From a virus (taxonomy: Duplodnaviria; Caudoviricetes), in the IMG/VR virus record IMGVR_UViG_2585428000_000009, positions 1 to 64,000 of that record: 64,000 nucleotides of DNA. One strand, given 5' to 3'. This document shows, one piece after another, positions 44,883 through 54,363 of this stretch. Both the position numbers and the translations under genes were made by a program. How positions within the stretch are numbered: position 1 is the stretch's first letter; the number at the start of each line of letters is the position of its first letter. The notes under the pieces are model-generated. The model was not told the origin of the DNA. It ran no database searches and worked only from the letters and a program-made list of their open reading frames with translations.

Positions 44883-45587
44883 TCACGCCGCCTCATGCTG
44901 GGCGTCGGTGATGGGTGGTGCGCCGATCAGTCGCCCGAGTAGCGCGAACTGTTCTGGCCCCCAGCTGGTTTCACACGCCGCGCACCACGCCGCGGTCTGG
45001 GTGGCTTGCAGTACGTACCGGCGCACCATCTCCCCCGCTCCCCCATCCACGAGCATGGTCGTTTCTCCGCAGGCGGGGCAGGCGGCGCGTAGTTCGTAGG
45101 TGTGGGTGATCTCGGTGGGCAGGAGCGCGCGGGCGCGGTCCACCCACGCTTCGAGTTCACGGGTCATACGCCGGAGTTCGGCGACGTCGTGCGGGCGCCA
45201 CGGGTGGTCGGCGAGCGCGTAGAGGCGGCGGACGGTGACGGGTTTGCCGGCTGGTTCGGTGGGGGTGTCGGGCCACCAGACGCTGACGCGGGTGTCGATG
45301 CGGACGATGAGGGAGAGCGCTTCGGTCCAGCCGGGTGTCGAGGAGGCGGGTGCGGAGCGGGCGTAGGTGTCGCCTTGGTCTTCGCCGTGCCGGGCGTCGA
45401 GGAGTTCGGTGTAGAGGCTGTCGCGGATGATGGCTTCGGGGCCGTCGTCGCGGTCGATGGTGTCGGGGCGCAGGCCGACGAGGCCGTGCACGGCATCGGT
45501 GAATGCTGTGTGGGCGCCGCGGACCAGCTCAACAACTTCACTCACGCTGCGCGGCCTCCCGGCTGTCACGGCGAGCCGCGAACTCAT
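44883..45587 (-). CDS. Zinc-ribbon protein (possible late regulator)
   Basis: SLY..L..A, CPACG....C.AC...W. Confidence 0.7.
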   Translation of the reverse strand: MSSRLAVTAGRPRSVSEVVELVRGAHTAFTDAVHGLVGLRPDTIDRDDGPEAIIRDSLYTELLDARHGEDQGDTYARSAPASSTPGWTEALSLIVRIDTRVSVWWPDTPTEPAGKPVTVRRLYALADHPWRPHDVAELRRMTRELEAWVDRARALLPTEITHTYELRAACPACGETTMLVDGGAGEMVRRYVLQATQTAAWCAACETSWGPEQFALLGRLIGAPPITDAQHEAA

Positions 45588-46161
45588 TCTTGATCCACTG
45601 CGGCATACGCGCACCGACTGGGAGGTCGGCCATTGCCCGGTTCAGATCGGTCGGCGTCTTTCGCCATGCGCGACGGCCGCCGCAGATGCGGCATGTGCCG
45701 TAGTCGCCGTGGTCCAGGTCGGGTGTGTCGCAGTAGCAGAGGATGTGGGAGTGCCAGACCGTGAGGCAATCGCGGTGATAGAGACCAGACTCGCCACGCC
45801 ACCACGGCCCCCGCTCACGATCCCATTGGCTGGATACATTGACTGGGTCGGCGTTGCGGCTGTTGCCGCCGCACCATTCGCAGCGGGTGAGCAAGTAGCG
45901 CCGCAGGTCTTGCAGCGGTGGTACCTGAATCCACCAGTGGTGCGGGTGTCGCGCCCACGTCGAGGGCTTGCATACGGTGCCGGAATCGTGGCCGCCTGGT
46001 TCTCGATGCCAGATGGTCACAATCGACGGGAAGTACAGTTCCCACGATCCGAGGTACCAGTAGCACCGCCAGCCGATCTGGCGGGTGTGTGGACGTTTCG
46101 TGCGGGTGATGTGGGGCCATGGCCGCCGGATGTCGGCGACGACGACGTCCGGATCATGCAT
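45538..46161 (-). CDS. Cys/His/Trp-rich hypothetical protein
   Basis: MHDP..V...I.RPWP, IWH.EP.G.DSG.VC, several CxxC. Confidence 0.7.
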   Translation of the reverse strand: MHDPDVVVADIRRPWPHITRTKRPHTRQIGWRCYWYLGSWELYFPSIVTIWHREPGGHDSGTVCKPSTWARHPHHWWIQVPPLQDLRRYLLTRCEWCGGNSRNADPVNVSSQWDRERGPWWRGESGLYHRDCLTVWHSHILCYCDTPDLDHGDYGTCRICGGRRAWRKTPTDLNRAMADLPVGARMPQWIKNEFAARRDSREAAQRE

Positions 46162-46329
46162 TTCTGGTGTCTCCGTTGTGCTCGTGTTCTTCTCGGACGC
46201 AGCGCATTTGGCGGTCGAAGACGCATTCGTCGGGGCGCAGAACGGCAGGAAACCATTCGCCGCGTATGCCGCCTGCGTCGTAGGGCTTCGGTTTGGTGCG
46301 GTGTTCGCGGTTGCGCCGCTTCCAGAGGG

Positions 46330-46533
46330 TCACTCGCGCTCCTGGTCGCCGAACAGGTCGACCGGTCTGACGGGTCGGTTGTGGTGGATGAGGGCGTGCG
46401 CGCGGGCGAGGTCCACCAGTTCAGCGGGGGTGAGTGGCCGGGCTTCGCTGACGTGGTCGGTGATCTCGCCCCACAGCAGGCAGGCGTGGGAGACGCAATA
46501 GAACTTCGGGGGCACAGACGCTCGTTTAGGCAT
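46330..46533 (-). CDS. Hypothetical protein
   Basis: Short ORF in the same orientation; weak support. Confidence 0.4.
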   Translation of the reverse strand: MPKRASVPPKFYCVSHACLLWGEITDHVSEARPLTPAELVDLARAHALIHHNRPVRPVDLFGDQERE

Positions 46534-46814
46534 CGTTGATGTCTCCGGCCGAGTGCGCTGTCCGAGCCATCGCAGCAAGCGCCCCCACATAGGCCGCCAC
46601 CATCGCGAGAACGGTGGCAGCACTAATCGCAGTCCGGTTCATCAGGCTCGTCCTCCTCGAGAAATTCCCACGCGAGGTCTGTGTCTGAAGGCTCCGTATT
46701 CCGGGGATCGTCGGGCATTTGCTGACTCCTTGCCGCGTTTGATCTCAGAGTATCGACGGAGTCAAACACGGTTTCAGAGCACAAGAATTCATGGATAGCC
46801 GGATAGTCGCGGTA

Positions 46815-47288
46815 CTACACGGATATGTCGTCGGGGCCGCTTCGTCGCAATGCCCGCTTCACGACCGCGACTTTCTCATCCCAGCCGTCGGGCTTGGCGA
46901 AGAAGTCCGGGTCGATCGCATACGTGATCTCGTCACTGCTCATCGCGACCACGACCGCACGGTTCCTTGCCTGCTCGTACAAGCACAGGTCTTCGATCAG
47001 CTTCAACCGTCGTTCCGCGTCGAGGGCGCGCGTCTGCCAGTGCCTGCGTGAATCCCACAGGCACCGAATCAGCTTCGCCTGTTTCACGCGGGCGTTGCGG
47101 TTGGCGTCGCGGCGTGTCTTGATCGCACCGAGTTCGGTTTCGCTGTCGAGCGCACGGTTCTGCCACCAGCGCCTCGATATCCATACGACGCGCACCACTT
47201 TGTTCGCGCGGATACGGGCGTGCTTCTCACCGAACAACACGGCGTTGTACAGGCGCGCCTGATACGGGGTGATGTCATCCTTGGTCAT
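46815..47288 (-). CDS. Hypothetical basic protein with an internal repeat
   Basis: SRR.WQ.RALD.E occurs twice; coupled to the upstream gene. Confidence 0.6.
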   Translation of the reverse strand: MTKDDITPYQARLYNAVLFGEKHARIRANKVVRVVWISRRWWQNRALDSETELGAIKTRRDANRNARVKQAKLIRCLWDSRRHWQTRALDAERRLKLIEDLCLYEQARNRAVVVAMSSDEITYAIDPDFFAKPDGWDEKVAVVKRALRRSGPDDISV

Positions 47289-47644
47289 TGGTCCTCGAGA
47301 CGGGTTTTGATGTGCGCCAACTGGTCTTGCCATGTCGGCGCGGGGGCTGAGGCATCTGCTGGGGGTGCCACCGAGGGACGTCTGTTCTCGCGCCGCTTCC
47401 GGGCCGCGGCCCGTTCAGCCTTACTGCGCCCCTTCCCCGGTTTCGGGCGCAACGGCCCGGAGATGCGGGCAAGGTCAGATTCGGCGTTGAACAACGGAAA
47501 ACTGGGCGACGACGGCACCGTCAACACCTGCCCGGTCGGCGGCCATCTGAGCCGGTGATGGCAGGACCCGGACCGGCCGAGATATTCCCACCCGACCGCC
47601 TGGGCGCGGGCGATGAGTTCCCGTGCTTCCTTCTGGCTGGTCAT
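47285..47644 (-). CDS. HicA-like (dsRBD-fold) protein
   Basis: RELI..A...GW....SGS.H.RL..P.G..LTVPSSPS. Confidence 0.55.
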   Translation of the reverse strand: MTSQKEARELIARAQAVGWEYLGRSGSCHHRLRWPPTGQVLTVPSSPSFPLFNAESDLARISGPLRPKPGKGRSKAERAAARKRRENRRPSVAPPADASAPAPTWQDQLAHIKTRLEDQ

Positions 47645-47838
47645 GCCGGCTCCCCGAAAGGGATCTCGTCGACGCCGCGGTTGTGCTGGATAGCCCATTC
47701 GGCGAGGCACGGCATTGAGCAGAAGTGGTGTTCGTCGTCCCAGCCGGGGAAGCGGAGGATCAGCCAGCCGGCGGTGTCGGTTTTCGTGCGTGTCCAGGTG
47801 CCGCAGTCGTCGCGGTCGCAGTGCATCGCGAGGCTCAT
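47641..47838 (-). CDS. Small zinc-binding protein
   Basis: CD...C....HFCS..CL..W. Confidence 0.7.
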   Translation of the reverse strand: MSLAMHCDRDDCGTWTRTKTDTAGWLILRFPGWDDEHHFCSMPCLAEWAIQHNRGVDEIPFGEPA

Positions 47839-48101
47839 GCGGCGTCCTCGATTCCGTTGATCCTGTCGACGCCCCAGTCGATGAAGTTGTCGAGGTCGAA
47901 CTGTGCGAATCGCGCGATGGTCACGGTCAGCACAGCCAGGGACGCCAGTGTTTCGACGGGTGCTGCGTTTTCGGCGATCACGCGGGCACCGCGTTCGTCA
48001 CCGTCCAGGGCCGCGCGGAGCAGGGCGTACGAGTCCCGCACGGCGTCCTGTTCGACGTCGTTCAGTTCACCGCGCGCGCGATCGAATTCGGGGCTGCTCA
48101 T
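47835..48101 (-). CDS. Hypothetical protein
   Basis: ATGA-coupled ORF. Confidence 0.6.
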   Translation of the reverse strand: MSSPEFDRARGELNDVEQDAVRDSYALLRAALDGDERGARVIAENAAPVETLASLAVLTVTIARFAQFDLDNFIDWGVDRINGIEDAA

Positions 48102-48319
48102 GCGGCGGCTCCCATGTGGTCGATGACTTTCCATGGGCTGTCGGCGTCGGCGCGCGCTTCGGTGGTGACGTGGTAGCCGGCTTTGTAGAGCGCGTACCGT
48201 TGTTCTTCCCAGTCGCTGCCGCGGGTGCGGATCGTGTACGCCTCATCGGTGGCGGGGTCGCGGTAGGTGATGCGCCATTCGGCGAGGCTGCTGCGTGGAA
48301 TGTCGTCAGGCGACGGCAT
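48098..48319 (-). CDS. Hypothetical protein
   Basis: Coupled ORF in the operon. Confidence 0.55.
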   Translation of the reverse strand: MPSPDDIPRSSLAEWRITYRDPATDEAYTIRTRGSDWEEQRYALYKAGYHVTTEARADADSPWKVIDHMGAAA

Positions 48320-48890
48320 CGGCGAAGCCTTCGGGGAGGGCGAGCCTGTCCAGGGCGGAAATGCGAAGCGCGGGATGCGGATCATCGATGGGTGCTCCGA
48401 GAAGTCGGCAGCCGATGCGGGTGAGTCCTACGGCGTCGGCGATGTTGTTGTCGTTGATGGGGAGGTTCGGGAATTGGCGGACGGTGGCGGCGAGGACAGC
48501 GTCTTTGTGCGCGTTTCCGGAGCCGGTCACGTACTTTTTGAGGGTGTTGGGTGGGACGGGGACGATCCAGTAGCCCGCGCTGGTGAGGGCGTCGTAGGTG
48601 AGCCACCAGAGTCCGTGCCGGTCCATGGCGGAACCGGTGGTGGACGCGTAGGCGGGTGCTTCGGTGACGATGAGTGGGTAGTCGTCTTCGGGGATGAGGC
48701 TGGTGATTTGTGCGACGAGGTGGTTGAGGCGTTTCCAGCGGTCGTCCCAGGTGTCGGTTTTCGAGCCCTTGGATTCGACGAGTTCGGTCCATACACGCGG
48801 GTCGCCGGGGCGGGTGCTGGCGAATCCTGTTGCGGTGAGGGAGATGTCGAGGCCGACGACGGACCCGAACTGGGTGTTGCTGACGGTCAC
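48306..48890 (-). CDS. RuvC-like Holliday junction resolvase
   Basis: VVGLDISLTATG, V.E.PAY, P..LKKYVTG.GNA.K, DNN.ADA. Confidence 0.88.
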   Translation of the reverse strand: MTVSNTQFGSVVGLDISLTATGFASTRPGDPRVWTELVESKGSKTDTWDDRWKRLNHLVAQITSLIPEDDYPLIVTEAPAYASTTGSAMDRHGLWWLTYDALTSAGYWIVPVPPNTLKKYVTGSGNAHKDAVLAATVRQFPNLPINDNNIADAVGLTRIGCRLLGAPIDDPHPALRISALDRLALPEGFADAVA

Positions 48891-49159
48891 AGCGGCATCA
48901 CCGTGGCCCAGGCGTCGAACGACCGGAACGGTTGGCTGCAATACCCGCAACGGAACATGCCGCAGATTTCGAGCCGGTCAGCGACAGCGATCCGTGCCTT
49001 GGTGACGCATCCCGGGCAGACGAAGACTTCGTGGCAGCCGCCGTGTACCCGCAGCAGGAACGCTGCGGGCGCGTCGCCGACGTGACGGCAGGACCCGCAT
49101 TCCGGTTCGTGGTCGAGGTGTTCGATGCTCGACATGTCGGGGGCGAGGGCGGTGGTCAT
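48887..49159 (-). CDS. Small zinc-finger protein
   Basis: IEHLD.E..C, CPGC, CGYC. Confidence 0.65.
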   Translation of the reverse strand: MTTALAPDMSSIEHLDHEPECGSCRHVGDAPAAFLLRVHGGCHEVFVCPGCVTKARIAVADRLEICGMFRCGYCSQPFRSFDAWATVMPL

Positions 49160-49479
49160 GCGGCCCGCCTTTCACGGTAGGGATGTTTCGTGGTGTGCCA
49201 GTGCTGACCCGAAGGGCAGCGATAAGCGCGGATCGGCCGCGGCCCTGGGGAGGGTGTGCGCCAGAAGTTCCGGATCGCGTTCTCGGCTTCGAATCGTGTG
49301 CCGTACTTCGTTTTCGACGGGGTGGGGCAGGGGTGTGCGCGGTCGATGGTGTGCTTGTAGACGAGCGCTACAGCTGTGCCGCGTTCGTGGTGGCTGGTGT
49401 GCCATCCGCACAGGCAGTAAGCGGTGACACTGTTCCCGCTGGTGTGGCGGACACCGGCGAGACGGTGCAGGTCAGTCAT
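49156..49479 (-). CDS. Small zinc-binding protein
   Basis: C.CGW, CP.P.K..Y, P.RAY.CP.G.HWH.T. Confidence 0.7.
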   Translation of the reverse strand: MTDLHRLAGVRHTSGNSVTAYCLCGWHTSHHERGTAVALVYKHTIDRAHPCPTPSKTKYGTRFEAENAIRNFWRTPSPGPRPIRAYRCPSGQHWHTTKHPYRERRAA

Positions 49480-49846
49480 CGCCGTTTACCTCCTCGGGCA
49501 GGCGCGTCCACGCGGGGATCGGAAGGATAGGCCGCGACACGAGGTGTGCGTCGGCGCCACGCGACCGCATCGCGTCGACCACATGAGCGGCGTCAGCTTC
49601 GCTGTTTGCCGCCCACGTCTGCCGTTCACCGTCGGTACCGATGAAGCTGTAGCCGTATGCCGTGTCGGTGATGTCGCTGCGCGGAACCATCAGGAGTTCG
49701 GAGGCGATTACGTCGGCCACATGTTCGGCATGCTGGTGGCTGTTCATGAACTCCAGGTCTGGGCATGCACGGCATCCGATGCAGCTGCGGCCGGTCTTCT
49801 GGTGCTGATACAGCAGGCGTGTCAACGCTTCTCGCGCGCTATTCAC
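49472..49846 (-). CDS. Hypothetical protein
   Basis: C..C..C, H..HVADV. Confidence 0.65.
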   Translation of the reverse strand: MNSAREALTRLLYQHQKTGRSCIGCRACPDLEFMNSHQHAEHVADVIASELLMVPRSDITDTAYGYSFIGTDGERQTWAANSEADAAHVVDAMRSRGADAHLVSRPILPIPAWTRLPEEVNGDD

Positions 49847-50318
49847 CGCGCACCTCCTTGTCGACGGCGTCCATAGCTTCCGCGACCTCCCACAGGGTCA
49901 TTCGCGGCCTATAGGACGGCGTCTGGATCTCCACTGGAATCCCGGCCGCCCGGGCACGGTCTACGCAGTCCCAGGTGCCACGCGACCGCTCCCGCGAGCC
50001 TTCGAGCGGGAAGGCCAGAACGAGATCCGCTCCGAGCGCAACCATCTCAGCGTTACGGCGCGGCCCGGCGGCCTTGCCGAACAGCCGCCACTCAGCGGGG
50101 TACCGCTCCTCGAGGAACGTGACGCCGGACCCGCCGTCAGGCAGCCGAAACCACGAAGCCGCATGGGCGTCGGCTCCGGTGGGGCAGGCGCCGTGAACGA
50201 CGGTGAACGTGTCGCCCGCATCGCAGTGTTCAGCTATCGCCATGGCGAGGGCTTCCCACACGTCGTCCTCACACGGGTAGGAGCGTGACCCGGTGACGAT
50301 CACACGGAAGTCGCTCAT
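49839..50318 (-). CDS. SLOG-superfamily (DUF2493/YspA-like) protein
   Basis: VIVTGSR, VVHGACPTGAD, AAGPRRN..MV..GAD.VLAF, SRGT..C...A..AGIPV. Confidence 0.85.
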   Translation of the reverse strand: MSDFRVIVTGSRSYPCEDDVWEALAMAIAEHCDAGDTFTVVHGACPTGADAHAASWFRLPDGGSGVTFLEERYPAEWRLFGKAAGPRRNAEMVALGADLVLAFPLEGSRERSRGTWDCVDRARAAGIPVEIQTPSYRPRMTLWEVAEAMDAVDKEVRGE

Positions 50319-50647
50319 CCGTCGCCCTCCTCGATGAACTCCCACTCCACGTAGTCGCCGGTGAAGTGGGTCTTGATCGGCCCCGACATTCCGGGGGTGA
50401 TGTCGCCCTCGGACAGGTACTCGGGCATCGGTTCGACACCACCGTCGTCGGCGTTGTCGAACCACGACACCAGCCAGCACTCGTCATGCGAAACGAACGG
50501 ATGCTCATGCTCGCCGCGAACCCAGGACTCGCACCGACAGTCCGGGTATTGGTGGCACTCCGCGGTGCGGTCTCCGGCGCATCGGAACTCGATGCGGGGC
50601 CGGTCCTCGGTGCCGGTGATGGTCGCGGTGTGCAGATGCTCGGTCAT
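50315..50647 (-). CDS. Hypothetical Cys/His protein
   Basis: Coupled ORF. Confidence 0.65.
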   Translation of the reverse strand: MTEHLHTATITGTEDRPRIEFRCAGDRTAECHQYPDCRCESWVRGEHEHPFVSHDECWLVSWFDNADDGGVEPMPEYLSEGDITPGMSGPIKTHFTGDYVEWEFIEEGDG

Positions 50648-51057
50648 CGGGCGTCGCCCTCCTTCGGCTCCCGCAGAACCGTCGCGGGCAGCGGAATGTT
50701 GCTGGAGTCGAAGTCATCGCGCTCCGAACCCGTCCTCCACCACCCCGCGTGCGGCAGATTCCCGTGCACCTCTTCGTCGACGTTGTCGGTGTCGCGTTCG
50801 TAGACATCTCCGAACCGGTCCGCGATGACGGCGGGAGTGACCGGGTATCCGTGTTCACGGGCAGCGGCGAGGGCCGCAGACGATTGCAGGGCGTCCAGAG
50901 CGCGTACTGTCTCGATCACCCGGACGGGAGGACGCACGCCCGCAGCGAGAAGCGCGTCCGCGCAGCAGTCGTACTCGTCACCGGGATAGCCGACATTGGG
51001 CAGCGGCGAGCGATGGTCACGCATGATCTGCGCCAGGGTGTCGCGGTCACTGGCCAT
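50644..51057 (-). CDS. Hypothetical protein (paralogue of 51047-51382)
   Basis: DALLAAGVRPPVRVI...LDAL...D..GD. Confidence 0.7.
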   Translation of the reverse strand: MASDRDTLAQIMRDHRSPLPNVGYPGDEYDCCADALLAAGVRPPVRVIETVRALDALQSSAALAAAREHGYPVTPAVIADRFGDVYERDTDNVDEEVHGNLPHAGWWRTGSERDDFDSSNIPLPATVLREPKEGDAR

Positions 51058-51382
51058 CGGTGGCCTCCTTGCTGGTCGGAGGGATATGCACGACAGTCAG
51101 CCGCTTGCAGAGTTCAACCAATCCCTGGCTGTCGCGCTTCGTGTCCGCTCCCGCGAGCCACCAGTACGTGAAGTAGCGTTGCCAGGCGTCCCCGTCGGCG
51201 TCGATCACTACGGATTCGATAGGCAGCGCATCGAGTTCGGCAGGGTCGCTGATCACCCGGACGGGAGGACGCACGCCCGCGGCGAGCAGTGCGTCCACGG
51301 CGGTCTCGTGTTCGTGGTCTCGATAGTTGATGTGCTCGCTCAGCAGGGCGTTGAGCTGGGCGCGGAAGTCGTTGTCAGCCAC
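51047..51382 (-). CDS. Hypothetical protein (paralogue of 50644-51057)
   Basis: DALLAAGVRPPVRVI...ELDALP..SVV.D.DGD.W. Confidence 0.7.
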   Translation of the reverse strand: MADNDFRAQLNALLSEHINYRDHEHETAVDALLAAGVRPPVRVISDPAELDALPIESVVIDADGDAWQRYFTYWWLAGADTKRDSQGLVELCKRLTVVHIPPTSKEATDGQ

Positions 51383-51914
51383 GGTTGCCCGCCTCTCGGT
51401 TCCGGTTGCGGGGGTCGTTGATCGGGCACTGCTCTCGGTCTGCCAGGACAGCCCGCAGGCGCGGCCCCACATCAGCGCCGTCCTCGATGCCCAACAGGCA
51501 CGCGATCTCCTGGGCGTCACGCTCGAGCAGCGCGTATGCCTCGTCCCACTGCTGGCACGTTCCTCGCAGGTCGTCGATGTAGCGGCGATCCTGAGCCAGA
51601 GTCAGTTCCGCGTTCGCCTTCCAGGTGCGTAGTTGCTCCAGCTCGTCGAGCAGTTGCCCGTACGTGTTGCGCATGTGCGCGATCAGCTCGGCGTCAGCCC
51701 ACGTATGGCCCATCTGGTCGCACCGCGTGACGTCCTTGCCGTCAGCCGGAATGTCTTCGCACGCCACCATGTTCGATGTCCACGACACGGTGGGACTGTC
51801 GTGGCAGCACAGGCACCGGCAGCCCTTTTCGAGATGGCTGTGCGGGTCTATGTCCCACGGCCCTGGCGTTGCGGCGGCGAGCAGCTTCCGCCCTTCGGTG
51901 ATGAGGTCAGGCAC
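51375..51914 (-). CDS. Ead/Ea22-like protein
   Basis: AATPGPW...ADAELIA..RN....LLDELE.LR plus coiled coil. Confidence 0.75.
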   Translation of the reverse strand: MPDLITEGRKLLAAATPGPWDIDPHSHLEKGCRCLCCHDSPTVSWTSNMVACEDIPADGKDVTRCDQMGHTWADAELIAHMRNTYGQLLDELEQLRTWKANAELTLAQDRRYIDDLRGTCQQWDEAYALLERDAQEIACLLGIEDGADVGPRLRAVLADREQCPINDPRNRNREAGNRG

Positions 51915-52323
51915 CGCCGGTCACCGCCTCGTCCAGGGCGTGCTGCAAGTCGGCCACCGCGCGCTTCCAGCCGCACGAAATCGGGTCGCCGTCGGGGTGG
52001 ACGTCGCAGCGTGGGTGCGCGGCGAGGGCCGTCCGGATGGCCGCAACGGTGGCCTCCAGTTCGGCGATGCGGGCGCGAGCATCGTCGCGAGCCTGGCTGG
52101 CGCTATCGCGTTCGTCAGACAGCCGCCCGTAATCCTCGGCCCACAGGCGGTTGAGATCCCGCGCGGTCTGACGGAGATTCGCGAGTTCGGTGCGGGCGTC
52201 GGCGAGCTGTTCCTCAGTGTGGTCGAGTGTGCTGGTCAGCCGAGTGACGTTCTCCCGCAACTCGTTACGCTCGCGCATGAGTTCGTCGTAGGTCGGCACG
52301 CCGATGAGGTCGCGGTCAGGCAT
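51907..52323 (-). CDS. Coiled-coil hypothetical protein
   Basis: Heptad repeats, ARARIAELEA. Confidence 0.7.
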   Translation of the reverse strand: MPDRDLIGVPTYDELMRERNELRENVTRLTSTLDHTEEQLADARTELANLRQTARDLNRLWAEDYGRLSDERDSASQARDDARARIAELEATVAAIRTALAAHPRCDVHPDGDPISCGWKRAVADLQHALDEAVTGGA

Positions 52324-52618
52324 GGTCGCCTCCGTCGGGGATGGGTGCGCTGGGTGTCCAGTTCTTCAGCGCCACTTCGAGTTGTTGGATCTTGTCGAGC
52401 TGGAATCCCGACCAATGCATGTCGCCCACCACGACCACGGGCAGCGACCGGTAGCCGAGATCGCGCACGCGCGCCGCAGCGTTCGCGTCAACCGAGACAT
52501 CGACCTTCACGAACGGAATACCGCGCGCGGTGAGCGCTTTCGCCGTCGCCACGCACTGGCCACAGCCGGGCTTGCTGTAGAGGACGATCGTCGGGGCGTC
52601 CGGGTGAATCTCGGTCAT
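52316..52618 (-). CDS. NrdH-like glutaredoxin (second copy)
   Basis: LYSKPGCGQC.AT, LGY.SLPVV, HWSGF..D. Confidence 0.88.
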   Translation of the reverse strand: MTEIHPDAPTIVLYSKPGCGQCVATAKALTARGIPFVKVDVSVDANAAARVRDLGYRSLPVVVVGDMHWSGFQLDKIQQLEVALKNWTPSAPIPDGGDHA

Positions 52619-53001
52619 CGCGGGATCTCCTCCAACGCGAGCGCTTCCACGAACCGCGGCGGCGGATTCGTGATACCGAGGTCGGCGAACACGCGCGCAG
52701 CATCCCGGAGCGCGCCGCGATACACGTCGTGCTGGCGGGCGTACCGCTGCTGCTTGGCAGCGATCGCGGCATTGTTCATTCGAGTCTCTTGCCGCAATCC
52801 GTCCCACCGGATCAGCAGGTCAGGCAGATAGCGAGCCGCCCACTCCATCACTTCGAACAGCGAATCAGACACCCAATTCGCTTCCAGCGCAGCGAGTTTC
52901 GCTCGTCCTTGCGCGATCAGCTCGTCATCGGTCAGCGGCGGCATCAACGGTCCGCCGTCGCCGAACTCGCCGTGTTCATCGTTGGATGCGAATATCGACA
53001 T
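52615..53001 (-). CDS. Hypothetical protein
   Basis: RBS AAAGGA; coupled to the redoxin gene. Confidence 0.65.
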   Translation of the reverse strand: MSIFASNDEHGEFGDGGPLMPPLTDDELIAQGRAKLAALEANWVSDSLFEVMEWAARYLPDLLIRWDGLRQETRMNNAAIAAKQQRYARQHDVYRGALRDAARVFADLGITNPPPRFVEALALEEIPR

Positions 53002-53013
53002 TGCGTTGTCCTT

Positions 53014-53322
53014 TCACACCGCTAACGGCAAGAAGTCGGGGCGGTCTTCGTCGTCGCGGTCAGCGAACGGTTTGCCACCCCAGATGCCGGACACCCGGAA
53101 CGGGCTCACTGCGGCGAGGGCGTCGTGGAGTTCGCGGCACTGTGCACGCAGCGGGCACGAGTAGCAGATACCGGTGGCTTTGAAGTGCCGGGCCTTCTGC
53201 TGGGCTTGTGTTTCGCAGTCGATGCGCCAGTCCCACATGGACGCGCGATGCGCGCGCATCCATTCTTGGTGTTGGGGTTCGCGGCATTTGGCGTCTGCCC
53301 ACGGGTCGTCGCGCCGCTTCAC
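53014..53322 (-). CDS. WhiB-family Fe-S transcription factor
   Basis: W..A.C....A..IC.SCP....C....GIWGG. Confidence 0.85.
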   Translation of the reverse strand: MKRRDDPWADAKCREPQHQEWMRAHRASMWDWRIDCETQAQQKARHFKATGICYSCPLRAQCRELHDALAAVSPFRVSGIWGGKPFADRDDEDRPDFLPLAV

Positions 53323-53543
53323 GACGTCACCGTGTCGTCGTCGCTGTTGGTGACGAGGCGCAGGTGACGCGCCTTCTCCCCCAGTTCGCCCCACACGTGG
53401 ACGGCGTCGCCGATGAGGGTGCGCAGCTGGTCGCGGGTGATGAGTGCGTGGGTGACGCCGTGGCCGGGGAGGTCTATGACGAGCAGCGCTTCGTCATTGT
53501 GGCGTTGGATTCCGATGCTGGTGCCGGAGCGGCTGCGGATCAC
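53319..53543 (-). CDS. Hypothetical protein
   Basis: Coupled ORF. Confidence 0.55.
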   Translation of the reverse strand: MIRSRSGTSIGIQRHNDEALLVIDLPGHGVTHALITRDQLRTLIGDAVHVWGELGEKARHLRLVTNSDDDTVTS

Positions 53544-53622
53544 TGGTGGCTCGCTTTCGTGCAGGGGGGTGATGCTGTGGCCCGTGGTGGCGCTGCCCTT
53601 GAAGCGCCGGAACGGGCGGCGG

Positions 53623-53949
53623 TTAGGCGGCTTTCACGTAGGTGCGGCGCTTGTACGGCTTCCGCTTCCGTTTCCGCTTGCTGCTCTTGGCTTTTTCGCC
53701 GTCGATGACGCGTGCGACGAAGTTGTCCAACGCGCGTTCTTCCTGCCGCTTCTTCCGGTCGATCTCACGCAGGGCACGTTCATGCTGAATGCGGTCGTCG
53801 ACGGTCCGCTTGGCGGTGATGGCGTTGAGTGCCTTCACGTAGTCGGTGACGGCGGTATCGAGTTGGTTCTTCGGTGCCGTCCACAGGTGGTCGCTGAAGA
53901 CCTCTATGGACCGGTACATGACGGATTCGTATCCGCCGTAGCTGCTCAT
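53623..53949 (-). CDS. Hypothetical basic protein
   Basis: ATGA-coupled; K/R-rich tail. Confidence 0.6.
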   Translation of the reverse strand: MSSYGGYESVMYRSIEVFSDHLWTAPKNQLDTAVTDYVKALNAITAKRTVDDRIQHERALREIDRKKRQEERALDNFVARVIDGEKAKSSKRKRKRKPYKRRTYVKAA

Positions 53950-54317
53950 GCCGCGACCGCCTCGTCGACGCGCTGGGCGAGCTGGTCGAGGGTCTTGGTC
54001 TGGTGGGTGACGATGATGTCTTCCAGCCAGTGCACGGCGTCGGTGTCCGTGGCGGCGAACAGCCCTTTGGCTTCTTCGTCCCACAAGCCGAGCAGGCGGG
54101 CGGCGACGGTTTCGATGTCTTCGACCGTGCCCGTGGCGGTGTTGAGGACTTCGATGCCGTCACGCAGACTGCCGGGCTCGCGGCGGAAGACGTACCCGCC
54201 TGCGAGCCGGACTGCCCAGCCTGCGATGCAGTTGCACCACGTGGACTGGTCGTGGGTGTCGGGGTGCCGCGTGATCTGGTCGAGGACACGGGCCATGAGG
54301 GGGATGTTGTGTTCCAT
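53946..54317 (-). CDS. Hypothetical phage protein
   Basis: VL..I..HP..HDQ..W...CIAGWA..L.G, A..LLGL...EA..LF. Confidence 0.75.
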   Translation of the reverse strand: MEHNIPLMARVLDQITRHPDTHDQSTWCNCIAGWAVRLAGGYVFRREPGSLRDGIEVLNTATGTVEDIETVAARLLGLWDEEAKGLFAATDTDAVHWLEDIIVTHQTKTLDQLAQRVDEAVAA

Positions 54318-54363
54318 TGGGGGTCACCAGGTTTCGGTGTTGAAGGGTCGTCTCAATAGGGCG

